Shown here: positions 48,184 to 57,357 of the stretch, piece by piece
Layout: each line of letters begins with the position of its first letter
Numbering within the stretch: the stretch's first letter is position 1
Assembly (NCBI GenBank): GCA_964608725.1
Contig: CAZSPB010000003.1
Location: 55,645 to 119,644 of the forward strand
DNA length: 64,000 bases
Direction of reading: 5' to 3'
Source: an uncultured archaeon
GTDB taxonomy: Archaea; Aenigmatarchaeota; Aenigmatarchaeia; Aenigmatarchaeales; Aenigmatarchaeaceae
The notes under the pieces: model-generated
What the model was told of the DNA's origin: nothing
The model's database searches: none
The model's input: the letters and a program-made list of their open reading frames with translations, nothing else
Program-made: the position numbers and the translations under genes

Positions 48184-48993
48184 ATGGAAGAAAAAGTAAA
48201 TGATTTAGATCCGAAAAAATGGAGAGAATATGAAAAGGAAGGATTACAATTTTTTACAGTATGGGATACACCCGAAAGAGATCCTTATAATTGGACAAAT
48301 TACACAATTCATGGAAATTCACCAGTAGAAATAGTAAGACAATGTATTCTTAGATTTTCAAGGAAAAATGACTTAGTTTTAGACCCATTCGTTGGCTCAG
48401 GAACAACTTTAATTGTATGCGCAAGAGTAAAAAGAAGAGGTATAGGAATAGAAATAAACCCTAATATAGTAAAGATAATTAAAAAAAATTTTGCACAAAA
48501 GGGATTAGAAAAAGAATATAATGAGTGGTTAACAAAGCAAAAAATTATTTGTGATGATGCAAGAAATCTTAAGAATTATGTGAAGGATAATTCTGTAGAT
48601 ATGGTATTTACACATCCGCCTTACTGGGATTTGATTAATTATAGTAAAGAATATGGGATGGTTAAAGGGGATTTATCGAATATGAGTTTTGAAGAATTTT
48701 TGAATGGCATAGAAGAAGTTTTTCAACATATTTACGATGTACTTAAAAAAAATAAATTCTTTTGTGTTTTAATTGGGGATGATTTCAAAGAAGGAGGAAA
48801 AGTTATCCCTCTTGATTACTATTTAACAAAAATCGGATTAAATGTCGGTTTTGAATTTTATACAAAAATAATCAAAATAACTAGAGAGGCAACTTCAAGA
48901 AGAAACCAGATTAATATTATGAAGTATAGATCTTTAAGAAACAACTTTTTTATATGCATTCATGATTTTGTTCTTATATTTAAAAAGGTATGA
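48184..48993 (+). CDS. DNA amino-methyltransferase (N6-adenine or N4-cytosine), gamma-class motif order
   Basis: Motif I 'LDPFVGSGTT' precedes motif IV 'THPPYWD'. Confidence 0.7.
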   Translation: MEEKVNDLDPKKWREYEKEGLQFFTVWDTPERDPYNWTNYTIHGNSPVEIVRQCILRFSRKNDLVLDPFVGSGTTLIVCARVKRRGIGIEINPNIVKIIKKNFAQKGLEKEYNEWLTKQKIICDDARNLKNYVKDNSVDMVFTHPPYWDLINYSKEYGMVKGDLSNMSFEEFLNGIEEVFQHIYDVLKKNKFFCVLIGDDFKEGGKVIPLDYYLTKIGLNVGFEFYTKIIKITREATSRRNQINIMKYRSLRNNFFICIHDFVLIFKKV

Positions 48994-49949
48994 AAATGAA
49001 ACATGAAGAAGTTGTAGAAGTAGTGGCAGAATGGTTCAAATCCAACCCAAAAGTAATTTTGGTAGGTAAATGTTCCGGAGACTTTCCTGAACCTGATATA
49101 TATGCACAATTTAAAGATAATAGTATAGGGTTTGTAGAATGTAAACCAAGTGATGTTGGAGGTAGAGAATATTTAACTGGCTTTGGGCAAGCAATAGCTT
49201 ATGCCACACTTTCTAACTACTCTTTTCTAGCGATACCAGAAAAAGAGATGAAAAAGTATAAAAAATATTTTTGGGTTGAATTAATAGGTTTATTAGCAGT
49301 AAGAGAAAATGGCATTGTTAAAGTAATAAGAAAGGCTAAAAAGATAGAACTAAAATCAGTCCATGAAAGAAGGACCCGGGCTTATGGATATTATAGAGAC
49401 CTTCATCCTTATGAAATTCATCAGATCCTAGAATCAATCACTCATAGTAAAAATGAATCTTCAAGAAAGAAAGAAATATGGAAAACCATTTGTAAATTGA
49501 GAAACATAAAAAGTATGAAACAGAGGAATGCATGGATACTTAATGTAAAACTCCTTTTAAGAGATCTTGGTTTGGTTAATTATGATCTATCTCTCACAGA
49601 AAAAGGATTTTATTTACTACAAGTTGGTAGATCAAGAAATAAGAAATTATATCTCTCTGAGTTAACACGATGTTTTCTTATAAACGCCAATTATCTCGAA
49701 TTGTTAGCATTAATTCAAAGGTTAAATGACATATATACAGCATTTAGTACTGTAAAAAAATTTAAAATGTTATTAGCAAAAGAAATATTAAAAGAGAAGT
49801 TAGCCACAACACAGACAAATATAATGAGAGATTTACAAGATATACCTAGAATATTGAAAGAACTCGGTCTCATAAATGACTGGCAAAAGCATGGATTTGG
49901 ATACAGATATACTATTAATTGGGATAAAATAACCAAATTGCTAAAATAA
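48990..49949 (+). CDS. Candidate Type II restriction endonuclease (PD-ExK)
   Basis: Start overlaps the MTase stop (ATGA). N-terminal 'EPDIY...GFVECK' PD-(D/E)xK motif. Confidence 0.45.
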   Translation: MKMKHEEVVEVVAEWFKSNPKVILVGKCSGDFPEPDIYAQFKDNSIGFVECKPSDVGGREYLTGFGQAIAYATLSNYSFLAIPEKEMKKYKKYFWVELIGLLAVRENGIVKVIRKAKKIELKSVHERRTRAYGYYRDLHPYEIHQILESITHSKNESSRKKEIWKTICKLRNIKSMKQRNAWILNVKLLLRDLGLVNYDLSLTEKGFYLLQVGRSRNKKLYLSELTRCFLINANYLELLALIQRLNDIYTAFSTVKKFKMLLAKEILKEKLATTQTNIMRDLQDIPRILKELGLINDWQKHGFGYRYTINWDKITKLLK

Positions 49950-49969
49950 TCACATATAGACGAAATTCT

Positions 49970-50254
49970 TTATTTAATCTTAAAGGGTAAGCCTGCTTCT
50001 TTTATTCTTCTTAATATCTCTTCCCTAGATGGCTTTTTATCTCTCAAAGCTTTCTCTAATTCCTTTCTTGTTTTTCCACAATTAGAACACTTCTCGGATA
50101 AAATCTTGTATTTTTCCCTAGTTCTGTAAATTTTTCTTTTCGTTCCTGCTGCAGAAGAATGTGTAGTTGCAAATTGTAAAACTGAAGGTTTATACAAAAC
50201 CTTTATTGTTTCTTTCTTGCAAAAAGGACATTCTATTGTTAAAATTTCAGGCAT
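49970..50254 (-). CDS. Small Zn-ribbon protein
   Basis: 'CPFCKK...CSNCGK' CxxC...CxxC. Confidence 0.4.
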   Translation of the reverse strand: MPEILTIECPFCKKETIKVLYKPSVLQFATTHSSAAGTKRKIYRTREKYKILSEKCSNCGKTRKELEKALRDKKPSREEILRRIKEAGLPFKIK

Positions 50255-50301
50255 AGTATCTATCTATATGTTTATAGAAACTTATAATTTAATGTGATCT
50301 T

Positions 50302-50790
50302 ATGGATTTTGAAGATCTAACAAAATTAATTTTCAGCGAAATGAAATCTGTGTTAGAAAGCAACCAAGGTTTATATATCTTCGCAAAAGAAAGAGCTAAA
50401 TTTGAAGGTTGGCTAAAAGTAGAAATATGTAAAATTTTATCAAAACAGTTCGAAGATGTTATTCCTGAAAAAGATAGGATTGATATTATATTTCAAAATT
50501 GGGTAATCGAATTAAAAACAATCAATACTAACTATAGGTACAAAAATGTTAAGAGAAAAAACCGGCCGATAACCAGAAATATACAGAGACTACTTGATGA
50601 TATTAAAAAATTGAAATCTATTAATTATACTAATAAAGCCGTTTTATTTATCGTTTTCCCAACAAACCACAATAATCAAAAATGGCAAAAACACTTAAGG
50701 AAAGTTTCTAAATTACTAAGAAAAATAGAATATAGTGATTTTAAGTTCAGAGATCGAATTCCTGGAGTTATTTATTTTGGTTTGGTATAA
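50302..50790 (+). CDS. Small PD-(D/E)xK nuclease-fold protein (Mrr/Hjc-like core)
   Basis: Helix 'WLKVEICKILSKQF' followed by 'DRIDIIF...WVIELKT' (D...E-L-K). Confidence 0.4.
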   Translation: MDFEDLTKLIFSEMKSVLESNQGLYIFAKERAKFEGWLKVEICKILSKQFEDVIPEKDRIDIIFQNWVIELKTINTNYRYKNVKRKNRPITRNIQRLLDDIKKLKSINYTNKAVLFIVFPTNHNNQKWQKHLRKVSKLLRKIEYSDFKFRDRIPGVIYFGLV

Positions 50791-50832
50791 ACTGCCAAAT
50801 CAGATATTATTAATTTATTAAAGCCTATTGTT

Positions 50833-51480
50833 TTGTGTGAAGAATATAAAATAAAATCTCCTATAAATATAGATATGATAACATTCGAAGAACAAATTGT
50901 AAAATCTTATTATAATTTAAAGAATTACTTCACAATAGAGAACATTCCTTTTTCTGCTAGAAAGAAAAGCAAAGGTGGGAAGGGAAGAGGAGAAATAGAT
51001 TTGATTGCAGTCAAATTAGATAAAAATAGTGGAATAATAAAAGACATAATTCATATTGAAATAACAGCTTCAATAGTTGAAAAATTTCCATTCGTATCCA
51101 AATATAAAGGTAGTGACGAGATTTATAAACTTCTTAAAAAATTTTTCATAAACAATTCAGATGAGAAACTTAAAGAATTTTACTTAGGTAAATGGAGATA
51201 TCAATTTGTAACCAGTAGGTTTAGAAAAAATATAGAGATTCTTTTAAGAAAAAGGTTAAAATACTGGGGCGCAAAAATTACATATCTAAAAGAAATCAAT
51301 GGAGAACTCTTTACTAGAATAGAATATGATTCGAAGTGTAAGGAAATAGAGATAACTCCATTCACCAAAATTTTGGGAGAGTTCAAAGAAAAAATGAAAG
51401 ATAAAACTGAACATTACTTATCTACGAGTATAAGAGCAATGCAATGGTGGAAAATTATTGAAAGTACCAAAGCCATTTAA
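50833..51480 (+). CDS. Mrr-cat/Hjc-like restriction-endonuclease-fold protein with an E-x-T variant of the E-x-K motif
   Basis: 'SKGGKGRGEIDLIAV...IIHIEITAS' parallels the Mrr/Hjc pattern 'G..DL(I/V)A...IE(V)K', but with T in place of K. Confidence 0.4.
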   Translation: MCEEYKIKSPINIDMITFEEQIVKSYYNLKNYFTIENIPFSARKKSKGGKGRGEIDLIAVKLDKNSGIIKDIIHIEITASIVEKFPFVSKYKGSDEIYKLLKKFFINNSDEKLKEFYLGKWRYQFVTSRFRKNIEILLRKRLKYWGAKITYLKEINGELFTRIEYDSKCKEIEITPFTKILGEFKEKMKDKTEHYLSTSIRAMQWWKIIESTKAI

Positions 51481-51546
51481 TAAAAAATCTAAACCGAAAA
51501 ACTAGAGATTTAGAAAATAACTAGATCCCTAAAGGTTTCAAATTTC

Positions 51547-53025
51547 TCACATAAACGCTCTCACATCTCTCCTTCTCTGCTCTCTTTCTTCAACAGCCTC
51601 CTTCCACTCTTTCAAAACATCAGGATCCTTTCCCATCAACTTTCCCAAAAACTTGTCTATTTTAACTAAAGCTGGAATTTTAACCATCGGCCCTAGAACA
51701 ATTGCTTCACCAACGTTCAAAGATGGCAAATGTTCCATCAACTCATTGCTTAAAGCTTCACTAGCAGCCTGAACATGTCTTTGATCTCCAGGTTCAACCA
51801 ATTTTAAAATTATCATGTTATTAACTTGTGATAACGCATCAGCATCCAAAGCTTTTGGCCTTTGACTAACTAAGCACAAACCTACTCCAAATTTTCTTCC
51901 CTCTCTTGCTATCCTGCTTATGTAATATTTTGATAAAGTACTCCTGTTAGCAGGAGCCAAAATATGAGCTTCCTCAAGAACAATAAAAATAGGTGTTTTC
52001 AATCCTTCTCCTTTTCTCCTATAATTCTTCCTCTCTTCAAGTATCTTTCTTAAGCAATGACTAACAATAACATCTGCCCCATCCTCATCTATCAAACCAA
52101 GATCAATTATGTTAACCTTTCCATAGCTTATTCTATCTATTATATCTGAAACTTTCATATCAAATATCGAGGCCCTATACTCAAGCATGTCATCAAGCTT
52201 ATTCTTAACAGCAACTATCCTATTCTTATCAGACTTATAACTCTCATTTTCCAAAAGATTATCAAGCTCTTTTTGCATTGCATCAAAGAACCCTTCTAAG
52301 CTCATTAAACCTCCTCTTTTCCTGAACTCTTTCTCTGCTTTTTGATAAGCCATTCTAAAATATCTATATTGGATATAAGCATCACTCCATATGTTTGCAA
52401 GGCCAGCTGCTTCACTTATTGACAAATTCAATGGACTTATCTTTGTTTCTATTATATTTTTCTCTCCATTTGGAAAGTTTGCATCCACATACTCAGAATG
52501 CATATCAAATATTAAAACAGTTCCATTGTATTTCAAAAGGCCATTGACTATGACAGCAACAGCATTGCTCTTTCCTGCTCCAGTTAAAGCAAGAATGGAA
52601 AGATGCCTGTTAACTATCTTATTTGCGTCAATAAAAACAGGAACATCTTCCTGAGTTATCAAATTCCCTAACTTAACACCACTTTCTCCAAATATTTTTT
52701 TCAAAATTTCAGGATCAGCTTTCTTAACCTCTGTTCCTGGTGTTGGAGGTGTTCTAGGTATTTTTAGATTCTCAATATCACCAAGAATTTTGATAAAACC
52801 TTTTATGTAATACTCATCACCTTCTATTTCCTTTATCTTTTCAACAACTTTAGGGTCAAAGATATCATCTGTTATGCTAGGGCTTCCCCTAACTAAAGCT
52901 TCAATCATTCCAAGAACCTTTTTTCCATCATACTCAAGGATAACATATTCTCCAACTTTTGGCATTTTCTTTGAAACAAATTCAACTCTAGTTGGCAAAG
53001 CTTCTCCTATACACCTTCCAATCAT
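51547..53025 (-). CDS. herA: HerA-family (DUF87/FtsK-HerA) ATPase
   Basis: N-terminal HAS-barrel-like segment, Walker A 'LTGAGKSN', Walker B 'IFIVLEEAH'. Confidence 0.7.
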   Translation of the reverse strand: MIGRCIGEALPTRVEFVSKKMPKVGEYVILEYDGKKVLGMIEALVRGSPSITDDIFDPKVVEKIKEIEGDEYYIKGFIKILGDIENLKIPRTPPTPGTEVKKADPEILKKIFGESGVKLGNLITQEDVPVFIDANKIVNRHLSILALTGAGKSNAVAVIVNGLLKYNGTVLIFDMHSEYVDANFPNGEKNIIETKISPLNLSISEAAGLANIWSDAYIQYRYFRMAYQKAEKEFRKRGGLMSLEGFFDAMQKELDNLLENESYKSDKNRIVAVKNKLDDMLEYRASIFDMKVSDIIDRISYGKVNIIDLGLIDEDGADVIVSHCLRKILEERKNYRRKGEGLKTPIFIVLEEAHILAPANRSTLSKYYISRIAREGRKFGVGLCLVSQRPKALDADALSQVNNMIILKLVEPGDQRHVQAASEALSNELMEHLPSLNVGEAIVLGPMVKIPALVKIDKFLGKLMGKDPDVLKEWKEAVEEREQRRRDVRAFM

Positions 53026-54050
53026 AATACCTCCCTTCCTGTTCTCTCAAAAAAACCAAAGGCCTTCACGATCTTTTCCATTTCCTTATTGCTTATTAAA
53101 ACATCATTGTGTGCTTTCTTCAACAAGTAAGGATAACCTTCAACACATATCCTTTTTATTTTTTCTAATAGCTTTTCAACATTACTAATTCTTTTAGGTA
53201 TTTCAAACTTTAAAACATTTCTTCTATCTTCTAGCCTGGCATAAAAAATTGTGAATTGAATGTTCCTGAAGAAATCATCTAATATAGGGAAGCTTCTCTT
53301 TAATCTAGCATCTATGCTACCGTAAATAGGAGATGAATAACCTTGTTTATGAGTTGATTTCTCGAATATTGCTATGTCAGGAATGTTTTCCTTGAAATAA
53401 TCTGTTGCTTGTGAGGTCTTTGCTATAGCCACTATTTTATCATTGTTCTTCAACAACTCTTTCATGCATAACAAATGCTCTAAATACTCTAAATAGCTCT
53501 GGGCCTCTGCTTTTTCTTCAAATCTTTCTTCTATTTCCTTGAAGAATTTTCTCGAAGATATTTCTATTCCATTTGAAATTTCTAGCTTAGGTAAGAATTC
53601 TTTTTTTATTTCATTTTTAACCTCAGATTTTGGATTCAACCTGAATGGTAATGGCCTTATTATGTCTCCTATTATTGAACCATCTAGCAAAGCAATATCA
53701 GCATGCTTTAAAGCTTTTAAAAGAGCTTTTGTTTCGAATATGTGCATGTAAAACCTTAACCTTTCTTTAGTGAATTTATAGGGGTATAAAATATCAATAT
53801 CGCAAGCTTTAATTGATTTCAATTTTTCATCAAATACTAATGCTTCTGAAGTCACAGCATAGATAGTGAAACCTCTAAACTCTTTGAAGTTGTAACTTCC
53901 ATCACAAGCTGCTATAGGAACCTTTTCACCTTCTTTTATCTCCTTTTCTATCCATAGCTTTTTTGCATCAAAACTTTTTAAATCAAAATTTACTTTATCA
54001 AGAATTTCCTTCTTTTTTTGAGTGAGTTTTTCAGCTATGAAGTTGAACAT
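53022..54050 (-). CDS. nurA: NurA-like nuclease
   Basis: N-terminal 'IAACDGSYNF' NurA motif I (catalytic Asp). A 342-aa size is typical of NurA, and the stop overlaps the herA start. Confidence 0.55.
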   Translation of the reverse strand: MFNFIAEKLTQKKKEILDKVNFDLKSFDAKKLWIEKEIKEGEKVPIAACDGSYNFKEFRGFTIYAVTSEALVFDEKLKSIKACDIDILYPYKFTKERLRFYMHIFETKALLKALKHADIALLDGSIIGDIIRPLPFRLNPKSEVKNEIKKEFLPKLEISNGIEISSRKFFKEIEERFEEKAEAQSYLEYLEHLLCMKELLKNNDKIVAIAKTSQATDYFKENIPDIAIFEKSTHKQGYSSPIYGSIDARLKRSFPILDDFFRNIQFTIFYARLEDRRNVLKFEIPKRISNVEKLLEKIKRICVEGYPYLLKKAHNDVLISNKEMEKIVKAFGFFERTGREVL

Positions 54051-54214
54051 ATTTCCTTATAAGATTTTCAGAAATAAAAGCTTACTTTGACTAGAAAAAT
54101 CTTTTTCTAAAAAAATTATAAGTTGTTTCTGAAGCTAGTTATCACTTTCTTACCACCTAGAGTAGTTAGAAAATCTGAAGGTAACTTCAACAAAACTTCT
54201 AGAAGGGTGAGTGA

Positions 54215-54394
54215 ATGAGAACTCTTGAGATAAGCTTTGAAGAGGATTTTTTCGCCTGGAAATTCCTAGAATCACAGTTTTTACAAGAAGAAGAAAAGTG
54301 TGCTACTTGCATTCATTACAAAAATGGTAAATGTGAACTTCCTTTTTGTAAATACGAGAGAAAAGAAATTCCTCTTTACTATTTAGCTAGATAG
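54215..54394 (+). CDS. Small Cys-containing protein (59 aa), first of three tandem micro-ORFs
   Basis: 'CATCIHYKNGKCELPFCKY'; a GGGTGA Shine-Dalgarno-like sequence lies upstream. Confidence 0.3.
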   Translation: MRTLEISFEEDFFAWKFLESQFLQEEEKCATCIHYKNGKCELPFCKYERKEIPLYYLAR

Positions 54395-54405
54395 GAGGTG
54401 AAAGA

Positions 54406-54603
54406 ATGAGTGCTTCATGGCACAACTACCATTTAATGCCTGGAACGCCTGAGTGGAGAGCTTTACACAGGCCTGGAACACTAGATGAATTTTTAGATAT
54501 CCACAGACCAATTAGGCCATTAATAGAAGAACCAAAGTATGACCCAAGAACAGATTTGGAAAAGTTATTGGAGAAATACAAGATAGAAAAGGAGTACAGG
54601 TGA
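54406..54603 (+). CDS. Small His/Pro-rich protein (65 aa)
   Basis: A strong 'AGGAGGTG' Shine-Dalgarno sequence 5 nt upstream. Confidence 0.35.
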   Translation: MSASWHNYHLMPGTPEWRALHRPGTLDEFLDIHRPIRPLIEEPKYDPRTDLEKLLEKYKIEKEYR

Positions 54604-54607
54604 AAAA

Positions 54608-54772
54608 ATGTCAGAAAGAGTAATAGAATGGGTAACTAAAACAGATTTTGGAAAGTTTCCAAAAGGAACTGAGCATGTGAAAATAGAAAACCCTTATGGA
54701 GTTGGATACAAAGGAACAATACATGCATATAAGCTCCCTGATGGAAGGGAAGGAAGACATATAGATTATTAG
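54608..54772 (+). CDS. Small protein (54 aa)
   Basis: ATG 5 nt after the previous stop, suggesting translational coupling. Confidence 0.3.
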   Translation: MSERVIEWVTKTDFGKFPKGTEHVKIENPYGVGYKGTIHAYKLPDGREGRHIDY

Positions 54773-54926
54773 GTGTTAAAAATATCTAAGCTGTGCGACA
54801 GACAATTCGAAGCATTGCATCACTTGCTTCACGATCCCGGTGTTAGGTATTGTGAAGAGAGGCAAAGAAGGTATCTAGAAACTTACAGAAGTAAGAGTTA
54901 AATCTTTTTTCCTTAATATTTAAGTC

Positions 54927-55733
54927 ATGAAAATTCTTAGACCAAATCCTTTAAAATTTTTGAAATTTTTGAAAAATGAATTTCTTTCAGTCCATTATGA
55001 TGTACTTGGAAAAAATAGCGCTAATCGAGATGCTTACATTCTTAAATCATTAGAACATAGAATCGAAGCTTTGAAAAATCAAAATTTCCTTTTAAAAGAA
55101 GTTGTTACTTCTGAAGAAAAGAAAAAGGCTTACGATGCTATTTTAAAAAGGCACGATAAAAGAATAATCTTTCTAGAAAATTGCGAAATTTTAACCCCAA
55201 CTCCTCATTTCACAAATTGTTACTCAATAATAGACTTGAGGAATGAAAAAGAGTATCATATGGATAAAATACTTGAATATGGAAATATTCTTTCTGAAGA
55301 ATTGAAAGGAAATGAAAAACAAAAACTTGAAAATTGGTTAGAAGCAGTAGAAATTATTAGGAAAAATAGTGAAGAATATGATAGAAAATGTCTTGATTGC
55401 TTTTCAGAAATTTCAAAATATGCTTCAAAAGAGTTGAGACTAAGAACTTTATCACAATTGCTTAAAAGGCACAGCGAAAGGTTTGAAATGCTAGTTAAAT
55501 TTGCTTGGCCATGCGATCCTTTTAAATCAACAAATTTTTCTTCTTGCTTGTTTGGTGTTGATGTTAAAGATGAACTTAAATATCACGCTGGTATGGAAAT
55601 TCATTATGCTTCTCTAATAGATAAAATTGAAGGTAAAGAAAACTCCAAAAAGATGGAAAAATATTATAAACTTTTTATAGAAAAACCTTATGAGTTATGC
55701 AAGGATTGTTTTTCTCAAAAATTTAGCATATAG
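54927..55733 (+). CDS. Hypothetical Cys-containing protein
   Basis: 268 aa with 'CLDCF', 'WPCDPF' and 'CKDCF' motifs. Confidence 0.3.
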   Translation: MKILRPNPLKFLKFLKNEFLSVHYDVLGKNSANRDAYILKSLEHRIEALKNQNFLLKEVVTSEEKKKAYDAILKRHDKRIIFLENCEILTPTPHFTNCYSIIDLRNEKEYHMDKILEYGNILSEELKGNEKQKLENWLEAVEIIRKNSEEYDRKCLDCFSEISKYASKELRLRTLSQLLKRHSERFEMLVKFAWPCDPFKSTNFSSCLFGVDVKDELKYHAGMEIHYASLIDKIEGKENSKKMEKYYKLFIEKPYELCKDCFSQKFSI

Positions 55734-56925
55734 AATATTTTCCTTTAGCGAGATCCATACAAAATTGTTTTATGTTACTTAACTCTTTATCAATAACTTC
55801 TGTAACTTCTTTTCTAATAGAATCAACTTTTCCAGAATTCATTATTATTTGAGCAGCTGCAACTTTTGGCTGATCTATAGGAGTTCCTATTTGACTTAAC
55901 AACCAAATGTAAATTTCTTTTATTCCTGGAACTTTATTGTAAACTTCGTTAGCTATTTTATGACTCAAAACATTGTAAATCTTACCAACATGACTTACAG
56001 GATTCTTTCCTGCAGCAGCTTCATTGCTTACTGGCCTGTTCAAAGGTATTAACCCATTAACTCTATTTCCTCTTCCAACTTCTCCACAATCAGCATCTTC
56101 AGCACAAGTTCCAGTAACAGTTAAGTAAACTCCACTAATTCCCCTTCCCTTTTCATCTAAAGTGTTCATATAAACGAAAGTTTTTAAGCTAGTTTTATTC
56201 GATAAGAAGTTTTTTACCCTTTCTATTAACTCTTCTTTCTTCCTAAAATAATCATTCTCACTTTCAACAAACCTATCAACTAAAGGCATGGCTATAGTCA
56301 AATGTAACTCACTATTCTTTCTGAAACCCATTACCTTGACATCTTCTCCACTCTCAGGAAACTCTTTCTTAAAATCTTTATCATTTAACAACCTTTCTGT
56401 TTCAAAAACTAATTTTTCAGTTTCAGTTAAAGGAGCATAACCAACAGCAGCAGAAGTATCATTTGCTCCAAGGATTTCTCCTTTTCTTTTGAAAATGTCT
56501 TGCAAAGCAGTAGAACCTCTCTTTAACTCAACTTGATACTTTAAGTGCAACTCAGGATCAACAAACCTCATATTTTTTCTTATCCATTCTTTTGCTGTTC
56601 TTATTGCAATATTTTCAACAGGTATTCTTTCTCCCCCAACTTCAAAAGTTGCTCTATCACCAAAGATTAATAGCATGGGAGTTATTATTTTTCCGCCTCC
56701 AAACTTTTGTTGTGCTTCACCAGCAACTAACATCCCTTTATCAATGTTGTGGTGCATTATAGCTCCAAACCTTTTCAAGTATTCTTTGCACAATTCAACA
56801 GAAACTTGATTCATTATAGCATCACACATGAAATCTGGATGGCCAATTCCTTTCCTTTCAACTATCTCAATTTTTTGTTCAGAAACAGGGGTTGCATGCA
56901 AATCTTCAACTACAATATTCCTCAT
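55723..56925 (-). CDS. mat: S-adenosylmethionine synthetase, archaeal type
   Basis: 'GIGHPDFMCDAI' and overall archaeal MAT architecture (~400 aa). Confidence 0.8.
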   Translation of the reverse strand: MRNIVVEDLHATPVSEQKIEIVERKGIGHPDFMCDAIMNQVSVELCKEYLKRFGAIMHHNIDKGMLVAGEAQQKFGGGKIITPMLLIFGDRATFEVGGERIPVENIAIRTAKEWIRKNMRFVDPELHLKYQVELKRGSTALQDIFKRKGEILGANDTSAAVGYAPLTETEKLVFETERLLNDKDFKKEFPESGEDVKVMGFRKNSELHLTIAMPLVDRFVESENDYFRKKEELIERVKNFLSNKTSLKTFVYMNTLDEKGRGISGVYLTVTGTCAEDADCGEVGRGNRVNGLIPLNRPVSNEAAAGKNPVSHVGKIYNVLSHKIANEVYNKVPGIKEIYIWLLSQIGTPIDQPKVAAAQIIMNSGKVDSIRKEVTEVIDKELSNIKQFCMDLAKGKYSIC

Positions 56926-57041
56926 TAACTCACCTAGTATAGTAAATTTGCATCTATTAATTAGTTTCCATACTTATAAAATTTACTCTTTGTCGAATTC
57001 GTAAAAAATTTTTAAATAATTTCTTTAGTTTTTTTAAAAAC

Positions 57042-57323
57042 ATGGCATTAGAAATGAAAAAGCTTATAGTTAAAAGAAAAATAAAACCTAAGTTGTTAAG
57101 AGAACTTAGCAAAACAGAATTTCAAAAAGTTTACATAAAATTTTCTGAAGGAGTGAACCCAGAATCTTATGCAACTCAGCTATTAGAAGAAGGAACAATA
57201 AGAGAGTATAGGATAGAAAATAGGGGTATTGAAACTGTAGTTAGGAAAATTGAAATTCCCTTACTAGCATCTAGAGAAAAAATAAGTTGGATAGCAAGAA
57301 TAGATGAAAAGATAAATTTTTAG
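57042..57323 (+). CDS. Hypothetical protein
   Basis: 93-aa ORF. Confidence 0.25.
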   Translation: MALEMKKLIVKRKIKPKLLRELSKTEFQKVYIKFSEGVNPESYATQLLEEGTIREYRIENRGIETVVRKIEIPLLASREKISWIARIDEKINF

Positions 57324-57357
57324 AAAATGATTAATTTCTTTCTTAAAGAATATAATT

